Source: Mustelus asterias (lineage: Eukaryota). Taken from it: a stretch of 64,000 bases of DNA. The first letter of the stretch is position 1, and the number at the start of each line of letters is the position of its first letter. Below, in pieces: positions 36,625-50,190 of this stretch. The DNA is taken from NCBI RefSeq assembly GCF_964213995.1, contig NC_135816.1:46624001-46688000 (forward strand), read 5' to 3'. The notes under the pieces were generated by a model. It did not search any database. It saw only the letters and a list, made by a program, of their open reading frames with translations, and was not told the DNA's origin. A program made the position numbers and the translations under genes.

Positions 36625-36805
36625 CTCCAGTATAATTAAGAACCCACACACCCCAGACAATCTCTCTTCCACCTTCTTCCTTCGGGAAAAAGATACAAAA
36701 GTCTGAGGTCACATACCAACCGACTCAAGAACAGCTTCTTCCCTGCTGCTGTCAGACTTTTGAATGGACTTACCTTGCATTAAGTTGATCTTTCTCTACA
36801 CCCAA
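36625..36805 (+). mobile_element. Rex1/Babar 3' fragment
   Basis: ttccaccttcttcc...aagaacagcttcttccctgctgc. Confidence 0.8.
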
Positions 36806-37129
36806 GATGTACCTTCACTATGAGGCCATTAATTAATCCTATCTCATTATAGATCGATTATAACCTGCTTTCTGGTTGGTGCTAGACATGCTGCTCTAAG
36901 AAACTGTCCCGAAAAACTCTGTGAGCTTATCATCCAGGCTATCTTTTCCAATCTGATTCATTCAATCTATCTGTAGACTAAAGCCACTCATGAATATCAC
37001 CTTACCTTTCTCACATGCCCCATTATTTCTTCTTGTATTCCATGCCCTATAGTGTGCTGACTGTTAGGAGGCGTGTAAACCATTCCATAAGGTGACTTAT
37101 TATTTCTCATCTCTACCTTATCTGATTCT

Positions 37130-38332
37130 AGGTGCAGGATTCTCCAACCTCGTCAGATGGTCCATGGGAATCTCAATGTCCTGCTGAATGAGACTTCAGG
37201 CAAAAATCCAGATTCCCCATGGGTGTCAAGGCAATCAGAATTTACCCAACCTGCACTGGCAACTCAGACAATTAGTGGGTTCAATGGCCCATTCACCAAC
37301 CCCCGTCATTCACCTGTCCCCCTAACGGGAATGGCACCAGGCAGGTTTTGGTGCTGCTAACCACAAGCGGGGACATGTCATGCTGAACCCGAGGGTCCAG
37401 GGGAGCACCACCAGCCCCTGAGAAAAGGGGATCATCCCCCCCCCAACACCACTCACTCAGGGTGGCACAGTGGTTAGCACTGCTGCCTCACGGTGCCAGG
37501 AACCTGGGTTCGATTCCCAGCTTGGGTCACTGACTGTGCAGAGTTTGCACGTTCTCCTCATGTCTGCGTGAGTTTCCTCTGGGTGCTCCAGTTTCCTCCC
37601 ACACTCCAAAGATGCGCGGGTTGGGTTGATTGGCCATGCTAAATTGCCTCTTAGTGTCAGGGTAAATACTAGCAGGGTAAATACTTGAGGCTAAGGCCTG
37701 GGTGGGATTGTGGTTGGTGCAGACTCAATGGGCCAAATGGCCTCCCTCTACGCTGTAGGGATTCTATGGAATCAAGGGTCACCCCCCACCCCCTCCCTCC
37801 CCCACACAGACATCAGGGTGACCTGACCCAACTCCCCCTCAACCCCCTCCCCTCTCAGAGCCCCCCACTCAGGCCCCCTCCTCCAGTTGAGAGCTGTGAG
37901 AAGGGCCTAAGTGGTTTGCAAGAGAGGAAGTTAAACCACAGGCTGTCAGTCAGGCTTAGAATCTTTGTAAACATTCTGGATCAATGGAGGCACTTGAGAT
38001 GCATAGAAGCATGAAGGGAAAGATCAATAAATTCAGCTGTCACTGGAGGTTTCTTTCACAGTGGGTGGGGGGAGGAGTTGTCCCTTTTTGATTAGGGATT
38101 GGTGGTGCTCCCCTTGTCAGTGTTGGGGCGGAGGGAGGCCTGTCTCTGAGCACGAAGATCGGAGGAGCCCCAATCTCTGAACAGCAGCTCTGGCTGGTAG
38201 GTTCCCAAAATGACCTCATTAGCTTCTTTCAGCTGGGTAAATCCCACCTGACAGATGCTCCCAGTGTCAACAGGAAACACTCATGTTTTCCCACCAGCAC
38301 GAGCATTTCACCTAAGAAGGGGAGAATTCCAT
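37130..38332. mobile_element. Harbinger-like MITE with an HE1 SINE inserted (37459-37770)
   Basis: ggattctcc...ggagaattcc ends; canonical HE1 inside. Confidence 0.55.
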
Positions 38333-39717
38333 AGATCTTGATCTCCAGAACTGAAGTCATCTCTCTCTCTATTGTACCAATATCATCCTTAATTAACATA
38401 GCTACCTCTCCACCTTTTCCTATGTCCTAAATGTCATGTATCCTTGAAAATTCAGGTCCTAGTTTGTCACCCTGCAGCCATGTCTCCATAATGGCTATCG
38501 GGTTATACCTATTTATTTCTATTTATACTGTCAATTAATCTGTTATGAATGCTCTGTACATTCAGTTATCAAGCTTTTGTAAGCTCTAGTCTCATTTGCT
38601 GGTGAACTGTTAGATTTATACATTCTGCCCCTACCTGGCATGCTCTGATCATCATTTCCCTTAATGTTATTTTGACCTTTTGCTTTGTCTTCTCCATTGA
38701 ATTTATCACATCTTCCCAAACTTGACCCCTTACTCCCACTATTTAGTTTCTCTCTTCCATTCCAGTTATCCAACTCACCAGAACACTCACCTCAGCATGC
38801 TCAACACTTGGCCCATGGCCTTGAATGTTATGATGTGCCAAATGCTCTTAAAGGCTTTTTAAAGGCTGTGTGGCAAACCACTTCTATCACCCTCCTATGC
38901 AGCGCATTCCAGACTGTCAACACCCTCTGGGTAAAAAGGTTTTTCCTCACACCCCCCCCCTAAACCTTCTGCCCCTCACCTTGAACCTATGTCCCCTCAT
39001 GACTGACCCTTCACCTAAGGGGAAACAGCTGTTCACTATCCATGCCCCACATGGTGATTACTGCCTCTGAATCTCATTTACGCTCACTCTTCTACGTGGT
39101 GGCTACTGCCTCTGGGCCCTCTTTCCGTCTGCTCTTCTTTTGCCATAAACATTCTTTTTTGGGTTTCATTTAAATGTTAGTATCTTTGCCATTTGGGAAA
39201 CTCTGGCTTTTCCCTAATATTACTGCTCTATTTTCATATTTTACTAAATGTGCTGACAGCTTCATTTCTCTATCTCCTTCACACTATTTGAGGTCCGTAT
39301 CAGATTAACCCAGCAATGTAACAGCTCTTTTTATGTTGCTGAATTCTAAACAAATAGATCCAATCGCTGAACCCCGAAGCATATTTGACTCCGTAAAATT
39401 CTAATATCCTTGATCAATACTGAAGCCTCTGCATTTCTGTTCTTTATCCTATCTCTATTGAGGATGTTAAATATGTTAAAATTAGGTTCATGAGATTATG
39501 TTTTGGGGCTGTCTCCAAGGAGATTGTTACACAGGGATATTTAGTTTAAATTACTGTCCAAGTTTAAGCCAGGCCCCTGAAATAACCATTTTCTCACTCC
39601 CCAGTGTGACAACCTATATCTGCAGATCATCAATTTTATTTGCAATTCTCCTCACATTAACACTTACATTTCAACACCATGGGTTTTTTAACTATCTAAT
39701 TTCTGCTCATTCCATAG

Positions 39718-40595
39718 TATTTTTTCAATTACAGGCTGTGGGTGTCACTGGCTAGACCAGAATTTATCGCGCATCCCGTGAGAAGGTGGTGGTGAGTTGC
39801 CTTCTTGAACCACTACAGTCTCTGAGGAGTAGATACGCCCATCGTATTGTTAGGGAGGGAGTTACAGGACTTTGACCCAGTGACTGTGAGGAACAGAGAA
39901 ATATTTCCAAGTCAGGATGAGAAGTAACTTGGAGAGAAACCTCCAGGTGTTGCTATTTCCAGGTAACTTCTACTCTTGTCCTTCTAGATAATAGTGGTCA
40001 TGGATTTGAAAGGTGTTGCCAAAGGAAACTTCTTGCATCTTATAGATGGTACACACTCCTGTCACTATTCGCTGGGTGGTGGAGGGATTGAATCTTTTTG
40101 GAAAAGGTATCAATCAAGCATGCTGCTTTGTCTTGGATGGTGTCGAGCTTCTTCAGTACTGTTGGAGCTGCAGTCACCTTGACAAGTGCAGAGTATTCCA
40201 TCACACTGCTGAATTGTGCCTTGTGAATGGTGGTCAGGCTTTGGGGGTCAGGAGGTGAGTTGCCCGCTGTAGGATTCCTAGCCTCTGATCTGCTCCTGCA
40301 GCCATAGCATTTATATGGCTAGTCCAGTTCATTTTCTGATCAATGGTAACCCCAAGGCTGTTGATAGTGGGGTATTCAGTGATTCCAATCCCACTGAGTG
40401 TCAAAAGGCAGTGGTTAGATCCTCTCTTTTTGAAGATGGTCATCGCCTGGCATTTCTATGGCACAAATATTACCTGCCACTTGTCAGCCCAGACGTGGAT
40501 ATTTTTTAGGTCTTGCTGCATTTTTTGGACATGGACTGTTTCAGCATCTGAGGAGCTGCGAATGGTGCTGAACATCAACGAACATCCCCATTTTT
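39718..40595 (-). mobile_element. L2-like LINE 3' part
   Basis: Peptides LGVTIDQKMNWTSHIN and WADKWQVIFVP; shared tail. Confidence 0.85.
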
Positions 40596-41772
40596 GAGTT
40601 GATGACCTTAAGCTTGGTTTTCTTTTTACCTTGTCTCTGCTACTACATCCCTTTCCCCTGTCAAATTCATTTGAACCTCCCTGACAGCAGCAGTTAACCT
40701 CCCTGTGGGTATAATGAGCCCAATTCCCAGACTTCTGAAACATTTTAACAATAAAACAGTGTTCCCTTCTATAGTCCTTCTACAGAAATAGTTACAATTT
40801 TCTAGTGGGAAAAGTATTTGTTTCAAATATCAGCTAATAATGGGCTTGTGGTTAATCTATCATCCAACTGCTACATATATTGTAGTATATAATAACGTAG
40901 ATCTGCACTTTCATGCAAACAAAAGTTATGTTTTCCTGTCAGCATTGAGCACTGAAAAATGTCTGTAAAATTGACCATTAAATCAAAGCATGGCATACAA
41001 TGCTCACCTTAGACATTTCTCTCCCACTGAATTGTTACTGAAAATATAACCTTTTGGATTGTAATGGATTAATAACTCATGTAGCAATGTCTGGCTTTTG
41101 TCTTGTTTCAGGCAGGAGGCTTGATTTTTATGAAACATTTGTTTGACCTTTTTAAAGAGCGCCTCCTTTATGCAGATAATCCCAACCTACTTTCATTCTT
41201 ATATTTATTGGAAGATTGGCCCATAAAGAACCACCTTGCCACAGTGATGGCCACCATACCCTTCCTGCCAGGCTTTGATACCAATTATCTAGCCCAGTAC
41301 TGGATAGCAATTGCAGCGCTACTGATTTTCGACTAATGCTGAGGAAAGCATTCAACATAATGTGCAAAATGGAAAATAGGACTCATGGTTATCACATACA
41401 CTTCGTACAACAAATAAGGAAATCTGTGAAGACAGATCTGATTTTTTTAAAATTAGCTATAGTTTCCAATGTTGAGTTGATTGCTAGACCATCACAACCA
41501 ATAAATGCTGACTTTGCTAGCATACTTGTGGCTGTTAAAGAGACAACTGGTTTTAAATGAATTTTTGGTAAATAGCTTCCAGGACTCTTGTTCCACTTTC
41601 ATGTGTTTAGTGCTGTAATTTATTCAAAGAACCAGATATTCCAAGTAAGATACCACGCATGTCTCAGGAAAATGAGGTTTCCATTGTTATAAGCATGAAA
41701 ATTTACAAGTCTATTTAGTAGCACAAATGTTGCATGAACAGCAAACTAGTTGGTCTGTTCTAAACAGTGTGC

Positions 41773-42527
41773 TTTTTTATTCATTCATGGGACATGGGTG
41801 TCCCATCAATGTTACAAATCCAGGTGAGGGGGGGATGACTGGCTTTGGGACTTTATTCAGCCCACCCTCTGCTGGTAGCAACAAGATTTAATCCAACAAA
41901 GTTTGCTTTCCCTTGGATACCTGTTCCAGACCCAATAGCTCGGTTTAAAAAGGAGCCAATTTCTTGAGTTAAGGTAGGGTAAATTTATTAACTACTAAAG
42001 GCTGGCCAGCATTTATTGCCCATCCCTAGTTGCCCTTGAGAAGGTGCTGGTGAGCTGCCTTCTTGAATCGCTGCAGTCCATGTGCTGTGGGTTAACCCAC
42101 AGTGCCGGTAGGGAGGGAATTCCAGGATTTTGACCCAGCGACTGCGAAGGAATGGCGATATATTTCCAAGTCAGGAGAGTGAGTGGCTTGGAAGGGAATT
42201 TGCAGGTGGTGGTGCTCCATGTTTCTGCTCGTCCAGATGGAAGTGGTCGTGGGTTTGGAAGATGCTGTCTAAGGATCTTTGGTGAATTGCTGCAGTGCAT
42301 CTTGTAGATGGTACACACTGCTGCTACTGAGCGCCAGTGGTGGGGGGAGTGGATGTTTGTAGATGTGGTGCCAACCAAGTGGGCTGCTTTGTCCTGGATG
42401 GTGTCAAGCTTCTTGAGATTTGTTGGAGCTGCACCCATCCAGGCAAGTGGGGAGTATTCCATCATACATCTGACTTGTGCCTTGTAGATGGTGGATAGGC
42501 TTTGGGGAGTCAGGAGGTGAGGTACTA
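41773..42527 (-). mobile_element. L2-like LINE 3' part with a 190-bp insertion
   Basis: HLLTPQSLSTIYKAQVRCMMEYSPLAW...; tail tttttattcattcatggg. Confidence 0.88.
41810..41999. repeat. Direct copy of 43123-43311
   Basis: Identical except for 2 substitutions and 1 G-run indel. Confidence 0.92.
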
Positions 42528-43642
42528 GGTGATGTTTCCTAAGTGACATAACTATTATTGTGCCCAGTTCAAAATATTGACCCCAATTAAATACTTGGGA
42601 CTGCATTTATTCTCATTACAAGATCCAAGTTGATCCCCTTTATTGCCACAGCTAAAGTAATTCAAGCCATTAGCTCAATATCAATCAGCATAGCATATGG
42701 GTTCGCTCCTGAGTTTCATAAAAGCACACCCAGAACTAGTTCCAATTTCTGCTCGATATCATTAAATATATGATGCTGACTAGTAACATTCAGACTTCAC
42801 ATCACTATATCCCACTCCTAAAATCGTTAATGCGTCCTTTAATTTCTGTTAGATTTAGGCTCCAGAGCACAGGACACCAGGAATCTCCAGGTACCTTATA
42901 CAGTCACTTATTCCTTTAACCTTACAAATAACACAGAGGATATGGTTAAGTGGCTCCCATCTAACATGTAGCTATTGTCAATAAAAGTGAATTCAAGGTG
43001 GATATATATAAATAATATAATCGTCCAGATCAACAACTTTTAGGGAACCTCAACTTGGGGTTCCCCAAGAATTGTAGATCTGGGTGAGATCCTCAATTTG
43101 TCTGGCTGGAATACCCCCAAATTGTTACAAATCCAGGTGAGGGGGGATGACTGGCTTTGGGACTTTATTCAGCCCACCCTCTGCTGGTAGCAACAAGATT
43201 TAATCCAACAAAGTTTGCTTTCCCTTGGATACCTGTTCCAGACCCAATAGCTCTGTTTAAAAAGGAGCCAATTTCTTGAGTTAAGGTAGGATAAATTTAT
43301 TAACTACTAAAAAGTTAAGGAGGAATGGTGAAAGACGTGCAACTGCATTCACATTGAAGTAAGAATCGGATCTAATAGTTAATATAAATGAAAAGTTATA
43401 TGGAACAGTTCTAGAGTTGCGTGGAGCAGATAATGAAGCGTTGAGGCCATTATGAATTGATTTCAGTATAATTGACCTATGCAGGTTAACAATTGAATCT
43501 TCAGTTCAGGTGTTCTGGGGTTTGGTAGAGATTTTTCAGTTCTTTCTTCCAGCTGCAATCTTTTTTTTTTGCAGCTGCTTGACTTCAACAGTCAGAGAGA
43601 AAGTTCTTAGATTTTCCCGAAAGAGATGGTAATTTTCTTTGT

Positions 43643-44086
43643 CATGATGTGGAGATGCCGGCGTTGGACTGAGGTAAGCACAGTAAGAAGTCTCACAACA
43701 CCAGGTTAAAGTCCAACAGGTTTATTTGGTAGCAAATACCATAAGCTTTCGGAGCACAGCTCCTTCGTCAGATGGAGTGGATATCTGTTCTCCAACAGTG
43801 CACAGACACAGAAATCAAGTTACAGAATACTAATTAGAATGCAAATCTCTACAGCCAGCCAGGTCTTAAAGGTACAGACAATGTGGTTGTCTGTACCTTT
43901 AAGACCTGGCTGGCTGTAGAGATTTGCATTCTAATCAGTATTCTGTAACTTGATTTCTGTGTCTGTGCACTGTTGGAGAACAGATATCCACTCCATCTGA
44001 CGAAGGAGCTGTGCTCCGAAAGCTTATGGTATTTGCTACCAAATAAACCTGTTGGACTTTAACCTGGTGTTGTGAGACTTCTTACT
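43643..44086. mobile_element. Penelope-like pseudo-LTR fold-back with hammerhead cores
   Basis: 202-bp inverted repeat; CTGACGA-stem-GAAA motif; 14-bp TSD gtaattt(t/c)ctttgt at 43629-43642 and 44087-44100. Confidence 0.88.
43992..44030 (+). ncRNA. Minimal type I hammerhead ribozyme motif (mirror copy on the minus strand at ~43738-43776)
   Basis: ccat-CTGACGA-a-ggagc/tgt/gctcc-GAAA-gctt-atgg. Confidence 0.75.
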
Positions 44087-45489
44087 GTAATTTCCTTTGT
44101 GCCAGGGCAGCATTACTTCCAATATTGTATCACAGAACATCAGTGTAGGAAACTGCCAGCTGCTTTCCCAGGCAGCACATACACGCACACCCGCACACAC
44201 GCACAGGCTTTGGATTCTTTTAGAGGTACCTTGTCTGGAAACATTGGGTGGGTTTTCTTTGTCCCTGAGAGAAACATCCTGTGACCATTCCAGTCAGTGG
44301 GTAACCGTACATTCTCATCCATCTTCAGCATTTGAGTCCATTTTAAAACGTAAAACTCAGGTCTTTTTGAAGTCCAATATTCCTGTGTATGATTCAATGG
44401 GTTTTTTCTCCACCATCACAACAATACCATATTCTGTGACTATGTCAAGTGCTTCTGATTACCTTCAACTACCTACTTGTCCAAGGATTTGAACAGGTCC
44501 ATTTGATGCCAAAGGTGTTTTGAGCTCATGGTAAAGGGAGGGAACGAATAGGGGAGGGGAAGATTAACATTTTAAAATTGCCTATTCCATCTCTTATGAG
44601 TGCAGATTAACTCAATAGCAGAGTCAATCATGCCGAGGATATATTAGTGCATGGAAGGAATTGGAGCCAAGGTGTTGCCATCCTATTATTTTATTTTTTC
44701 TATGAAGCCAAAGCTTCCTTTGTCCCAGAACATCTTTCTGAAAATACAAATGATTGATGAATGTGGAGTAAATTCCTAGCAGGTTATCCATTAATTCTTT
44801 CTTTGAAAAAAAATGTATTATGCTGCTCCTCTAACCACATGAATGCTGAAGATTTAAGTGCCTCGCTCAAATATTGAATGTGAGCTTTATCCAATCCTAT
44901 GAATCTTAAAATTTTGCTTTGACGGTAATGCCCTCTATTGCTTTTTTCAAACCTATTATTGCTGATGTTTTCAGCAATCCATCTACTAATATTACTGGAG
45001 CTCTTTTAACCTAACTTACCCCTGAGATGAACCCGACTTCTCATTCCTCAAAAGCAAAGCAGTGTAGCTGCTGAAAATCAAAAACAAAAACAGAAAGTGC
45101 TGGAAATGTTGGCAGGTCAGGCAAAGCTCTCTGTTACCCATGGAGAGAGAAGGAGCTGTTCAGGCTGATGACCTTTTAACAGAACTGGGAGAAGCTTTTG
45201 CATTTTTGGTTTTCATTTCTCATCACAGTTATTCAAATAAAACTGAGTTGCATAAAAAAGATTTGAGAGAAAAATTAAGCCATTCCATTTAGGACATATT
45301 TGCACCCTTGAGTTTACACTTTCAGAATATACACATTCAAAATATTTTATCAGCATCCTCCCAATGGCTTGGTGAGTTTATCCTGTGATTATGTCAAACA
45401 GTAAAGTTCCAGATTCTATTCCTGATCCTGAAATCACTGATGTCAGTAAAATTTAATGTTAGAATGTTGAATTGCCTTTAGATATATGC

Positions 45490-46556
45490 TGTAAGATCCC
45501 CCTCTGAGACCATGTTGTAAGTTGGTTATGACAGGCTAAGGAATGATTTTTACAATCCTAGACCAGACCCCCAAGATCCGGTTAGGGCATGATAAAATTT
45601 TGTTCCAAGTACACAACGTTTGAGCTTCAAGACTCACAGTAACAATGTGAGTCAAACAATTTCATGGAAGCTCTGTCTCTCTCATGAGGAATTCCAGTCT
45701 TCACCTTCAAAGATCTAACTTTGAGATTCTTTCCAAAAGTCACTCCAACTCAGAAGGCATCAACAAGGGCCCACCTTGCAGGGTTTCAATCTTGTCTCCC
45801 AAAATTCTGTTCCCCTGAATTCCCAAGAATACAGTCGAGCACCAACTCACAAGCACAAGTTCAGATCTTTGGCCATGCAGAGCAGAACATCACTGCTGCA
45901 AAAGAGAACCTTTGTCCTAACTGCTCATGGCCTGAAGTTGCCTCGCCTTGGCTACCCACTTGGCTCTTCAGTGGTTCCTATGAGCCCTCTTCAATTACCA
46001 CTGCTCCCCTTGAGACTGCTTCATTTCAAGTCTGTTACCCACAGTACTTTCACTTTTTCTTTGCTCCTCTGCTTTTAACTGAACTGGGACCTCTGCATGT
46101 CCCTGAACCCTCTCACCTTTGGAACCTCTTGTTTCATCTTCCTGTTCCCTGCCTGGGACTCTTTTTCTCAATGGCGTGCCACACCCAGTCACCTAACCCG
46201 GGTTTTCACACATATTTTTCTCTCTCCTTATATGCAGGCACGTTGGGCCTGTCCTGGGCCTGAAGAAGTTACAAATTGTAGAACCAAGTTGCTGTCTGCG
46301 TGTGCGCAAAAGCTCTGAGGCCCATTGAAAGTTGAAGTTCCTGTCTTCCACTCTCAATGAGATAAGTATAATTTCACAACAGCTTGCAAAGACATAGCTT
46401 TGGCTGAACACCTGTTTTTTTGGGTGACTATAACTATATACAGATACACAAGACTACAGGTGTTATTCAGTGTAAGCCATGATCTTTCTCCTTCTTGACA
46501 CTTAGTCATGTGTGTCTTGCGTCACCACGTGGGCAATCCTGTTTCTCCAATCCTAC
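45490..46556 (-). mobile_element. Possible solo LTR
   Basis: tgtaag...cctaca ends; cctagaccagacccccaag resembles the reverse of the LTR end at ~4300-4350; no clear TSD. Confidence 0.4.
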
Positions 46557-46677
46557 ACATTAACTCCTTCAATACTGAACACCCTGATACTGCAATGTGA
46601 TGTAGTTAAATCAAGTATTAAAGTGGTGCTGCAAGCTGTGTGCTTGAATTCAGATCTGTAAAAATTAGTTGAATCAG

Positions 46678-46882
46678 ATCCCTGCTGCCATCAGACTTTT
46701 GAATAGACCTATGTTACATTAAGTTGATCTTTCTCTACACCCTAGCTATGACTGTAACACTATATTCTGCACCCTCTCCTTTCCTTCTCTACATACAGTA
46801 TGCTTTGTCTGTATAGCGCGCAAGAAACAATACTTTTCACTGTATACTAATACATGTGACAATAATAAATCAAATCAAATCA
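46678..46882 (+). mobile_element. Rex1/Babar 3' UTR
   Basis: ccctgctgccatcagacttttg...aataataaatcaaatcaaatc. Confidence 0.88.
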
Positions 46883-48999
46883 GATCAGTGGCATAATTGC
46901 CCTTTGTCTTTATTATATGTGTCTTCATTTCTTGTTCTAATTATAATTTACGATAGTTGACATTTGAAACACTGTTTTTTGGCCAACGCTCATGACAATG
47001 TCCCATTTTTAACATCATAGCACCATGGTGTGGCAATTGAGTTTGGAGTGACTGACAGGCCAGCAACTTCTAAAAACATCAATAGCCGCAAAGGTAATTG
47101 AAGGATTGAACCCTGAATGCATCCTTGATAATGGTGCCAATGTTGTTGTGCTTTCAGTGGAGGTGCACTGACTGATGAAACAAATGCACTTGAAAAAAGC
47201 AATTCTATGATCATAGTGATACTTCTAAGGATGATCAAGTAGCAGCAGGTCTGAAGTTAAATAAAAGGTTGGACTGAAATGCGAGATGCCGCTATATACC
47301 AGAATAGGAAATAGCTCTGTTTGAATTATTTTGTCATTTATATGACAAATAGATAACAGAATCCTGCAGGCCATGGTTTTATACAACGTCTTTAGAAGAA
47401 AATGTCATGAAAATCTGCATGCATACAGTAAACAATTTAAATCAACATTGTTCATTCTTTTAACACAATTTCCCATTCCAATAAATACTTAATTGTGAAA
47501 ATCCTCGTCTATTGATGAAAACACTATATCACCTGCAGCACTGAGTCAAAAATTAGATACAACCAACAATTGTTAACAATTTAAAATAAATGTAACCCCA
47601 TTATGTGGTTTCTACTGTCGAAACAGGACATTTATGAGGGATGATTGAATATTTAATAAGGTATTTTACATTATAAAAAGTCGTAAATTCAGCATTGTTT
47701 TTCTCTGCGTTTAGTCATTCATAGCTACACATCTTTTATGCTACTTGACGGCAAAATAAATGACAGTCTTCTGACTTTCAGTAATTAAGTTACTCAATGA
47801 TAATTACAGAACAACGATAGGGATTTCCCTCCAAACTAACATGCATTGTTCTGCTAAAGACTACACAGTAAAACTGAATGGTCGCTCCTAAAATAATGCA
47901 GTAACATTCAGAAAGTGACTGGCTTCCAGGAATACACTATGTACAGATTAGTGTACATTTGCCAAGAAATAACTTCCATGGATTTTTTTGTGTGTTCAAG
48001 GCTGAAGCAAAGCAAAATTGATCTTTGATCATTTCCTTTCCTCTAAAGTTAAATTTATTCGCTTCTTCTAAATATCCAATCTGTGCTGTAAAATGAGATT
48101 AGAAAGGGCTTTACACTCTCCTAGAAAGGTTCTCATGATAAAAAAATTTAAGTAAAGACAACATTTAATATATCATTGTCTCTGTGCATATAGCTATCTT
48201 AAATAATGCATTGTGTGACTGTATTTAATGGAACAGTAGTAGTTGATGGCTGCAGCCTGATGAATGGTGTTGGCAGTGTTGTGCAGAACAGCAGGAGGGT
48301 TGGAGAAGGAGCTGGTGTTATACTTGGAAATGGAAGTAGAGGGGATCTTGGAAGGAAAGTAGCAGGAAGGGAAATAGCAATAATTTGGCACTTACACAAG
48401 ACATGCTGAGAGAGCGAAATGGCAGTGGTATCAAAGAATATAACTATTGCACCGAGAAAGATAACTGAGCCACAAGTTCAGAAATAGCAGTCTAGCGAAG
48501 AGGACTTATCACATTATAATGCCGTAAAATAATTTTCCTATTCCAGTTTCATTACCAGCTTTGATTGCTGGTGTTATTTTTATTCTCCCAACTCCCTTTT
48601 CGCTGCGGGTTGAACAAAATTCATCACATTAAAGCAAGCTTTCGCTTGTGATAATCTATACATCATCCAAGTTTTGGAAATATACAAGGTATAAGGAAGT
48701 CGTGCAAGGAGGGAGGTGAGGGAGCGGCCAGAGGTCATGAGAAGACAGGAAGTATGCAAGGTGCGTGCAATAGGGCAGGTTGAAACAGGAACTGCTGAAT
48801 TCCACCCCAGATTTTCTCCACATCTGCCCCAGACAACGTGACCAGCAATATTCAGCTTTCTCAACTATCCCTTTCATAAGGAAAGAAAAAAAAGGAGAAA
48901 AAAATACAGGGAGTGACGAGAAAAGAAACACAAATGAACAGGAGAAAAAATGTAAGAAGAGTGTGTAAAGAGAAATCCAAACATAAACATACTATAATC

Positions 49000-49339
49000 G
49001 GAAGGCAGTGGCATAGTAATATTGTCACTGGACCAGTATTCCAGAGATCCAGGGTATTGCTCTGGGGACCCGGGTTTGAATCCCACCATGGCAGATAGTC
49101 AAATTTGGAATTCAATAAAAAATATCTAATGATAACCATGAAATCATCACCGATTGTCGTAAAAACCCATCTGGTTCATTAATGTCCTTCAGGGAAGGAA
49201 ATCTGCCATCCTTATCTGGTCTGGCTTACATGTGATTCCAGGTCCACAGCAATGTGGTTAACTCTTAAATGCCCTTAGGATTAGGCGATAAATGCTGGCC
49301 CAGCCAGCGATGCCATATCCCAAGAAAAAATTAAAAAAA
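49000..49339 (+). mobile_element. tRNA-derived SINE with L2-like tail (related copies at 50890-51240 + and 55040-55220 -)
   Basis: tggcatagt A-box; gggtttgaatccc B-box; core cccatctggttcattaatgtcctt; tail ataaatgctggcc...catatccc shared with the L2-like LINE. Confidence 0.8.
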
Positions 49340-49892
49340 CTATAGATATCAGCATTCTCATGAAGCCATACTGTATAAAAAATGACTTTAGGAATTTACT
49401 AGTTGGAAATCATTGATTGAATTTAATAATATTGGAGCCACATTTCAGTTTCTTGAAAATGCAGTTTCTAAGATGGCTGAAAACATGCATCACTGTGCAC
49501 AGTAAATTCCAAAACCATTAAGTGAAGTTAACCTTTCTAGAAAACACAGAAGAGGCAATCACCTTGAAGGATTATGAATAGCATAATCTCTTAACCAATT
49601 TACAGAATGTCCCAACAGTCATCTGGTGGAGACTACATATAAGACGTAATCACCTCAGTCAATGAGCTCTGGCTGAGAAAGGAATCCAACCCCATCATAA
49701 CTTAATCAAGTCAATATCAACAATTCACTTGCCATGGCTATATTTAGGTCACTGATCAGTTGGAGAGAGAGGATCACATGACAAGCCAGTTAGTTCTTTT
49801 TGTACTTCTCCAGTTCAGAGACTGAAGCAGATAGGATAATGGCCCATAACTTCCTGGCTCCGCAGTGCCTGATCTGGGGCTATCCAAAGATG

Positions 49893-50190
49893 CAGCACGG
49901 TGGCACAGTGATTAGCACTGCTGCCTCACAGCACCAGGGACCTGGGTTTGATTCCTGGTTTGGGTCACTGTCTGTGTGGCGTTTGCACATTCTCCCTGTG
50001 TCTGTGTGGGTTTCCTCTGGTTTCTTCCCACAGTCCAAAGGTGTGCAGGTTAGGTGGATTGGCCATGCTAAATTGCCCCTTAGCATCAGGGGGACTAGCT
50101 AGGGTAAATGCAAGGAGTTATGGGGATAGAGCCTGGGTCGGATTGTGGTTGGTGCAGATTCGATGGGCCGGATGATTCTATGATTCTATG
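49893..50190 (+). mobile_element. HE1 SINE
   Basis: A/B boxes, V-domain, attctatgattctatg tail. Confidence 0.9.

Larger units (their letters stand above)
43123..44490 (-). mobile_element. Probable solo LTR (right boundary uncertain)
   Basis: tgttaca terminus; tttatt (AATAAA on the minus strand) ~170 bp inside. Confidence 0.5.

Noticed and set aside
45721-46263. 180-aa ORF
   Set aside because: Non-ATG start, inside a probable LTR, no recognisable domain.
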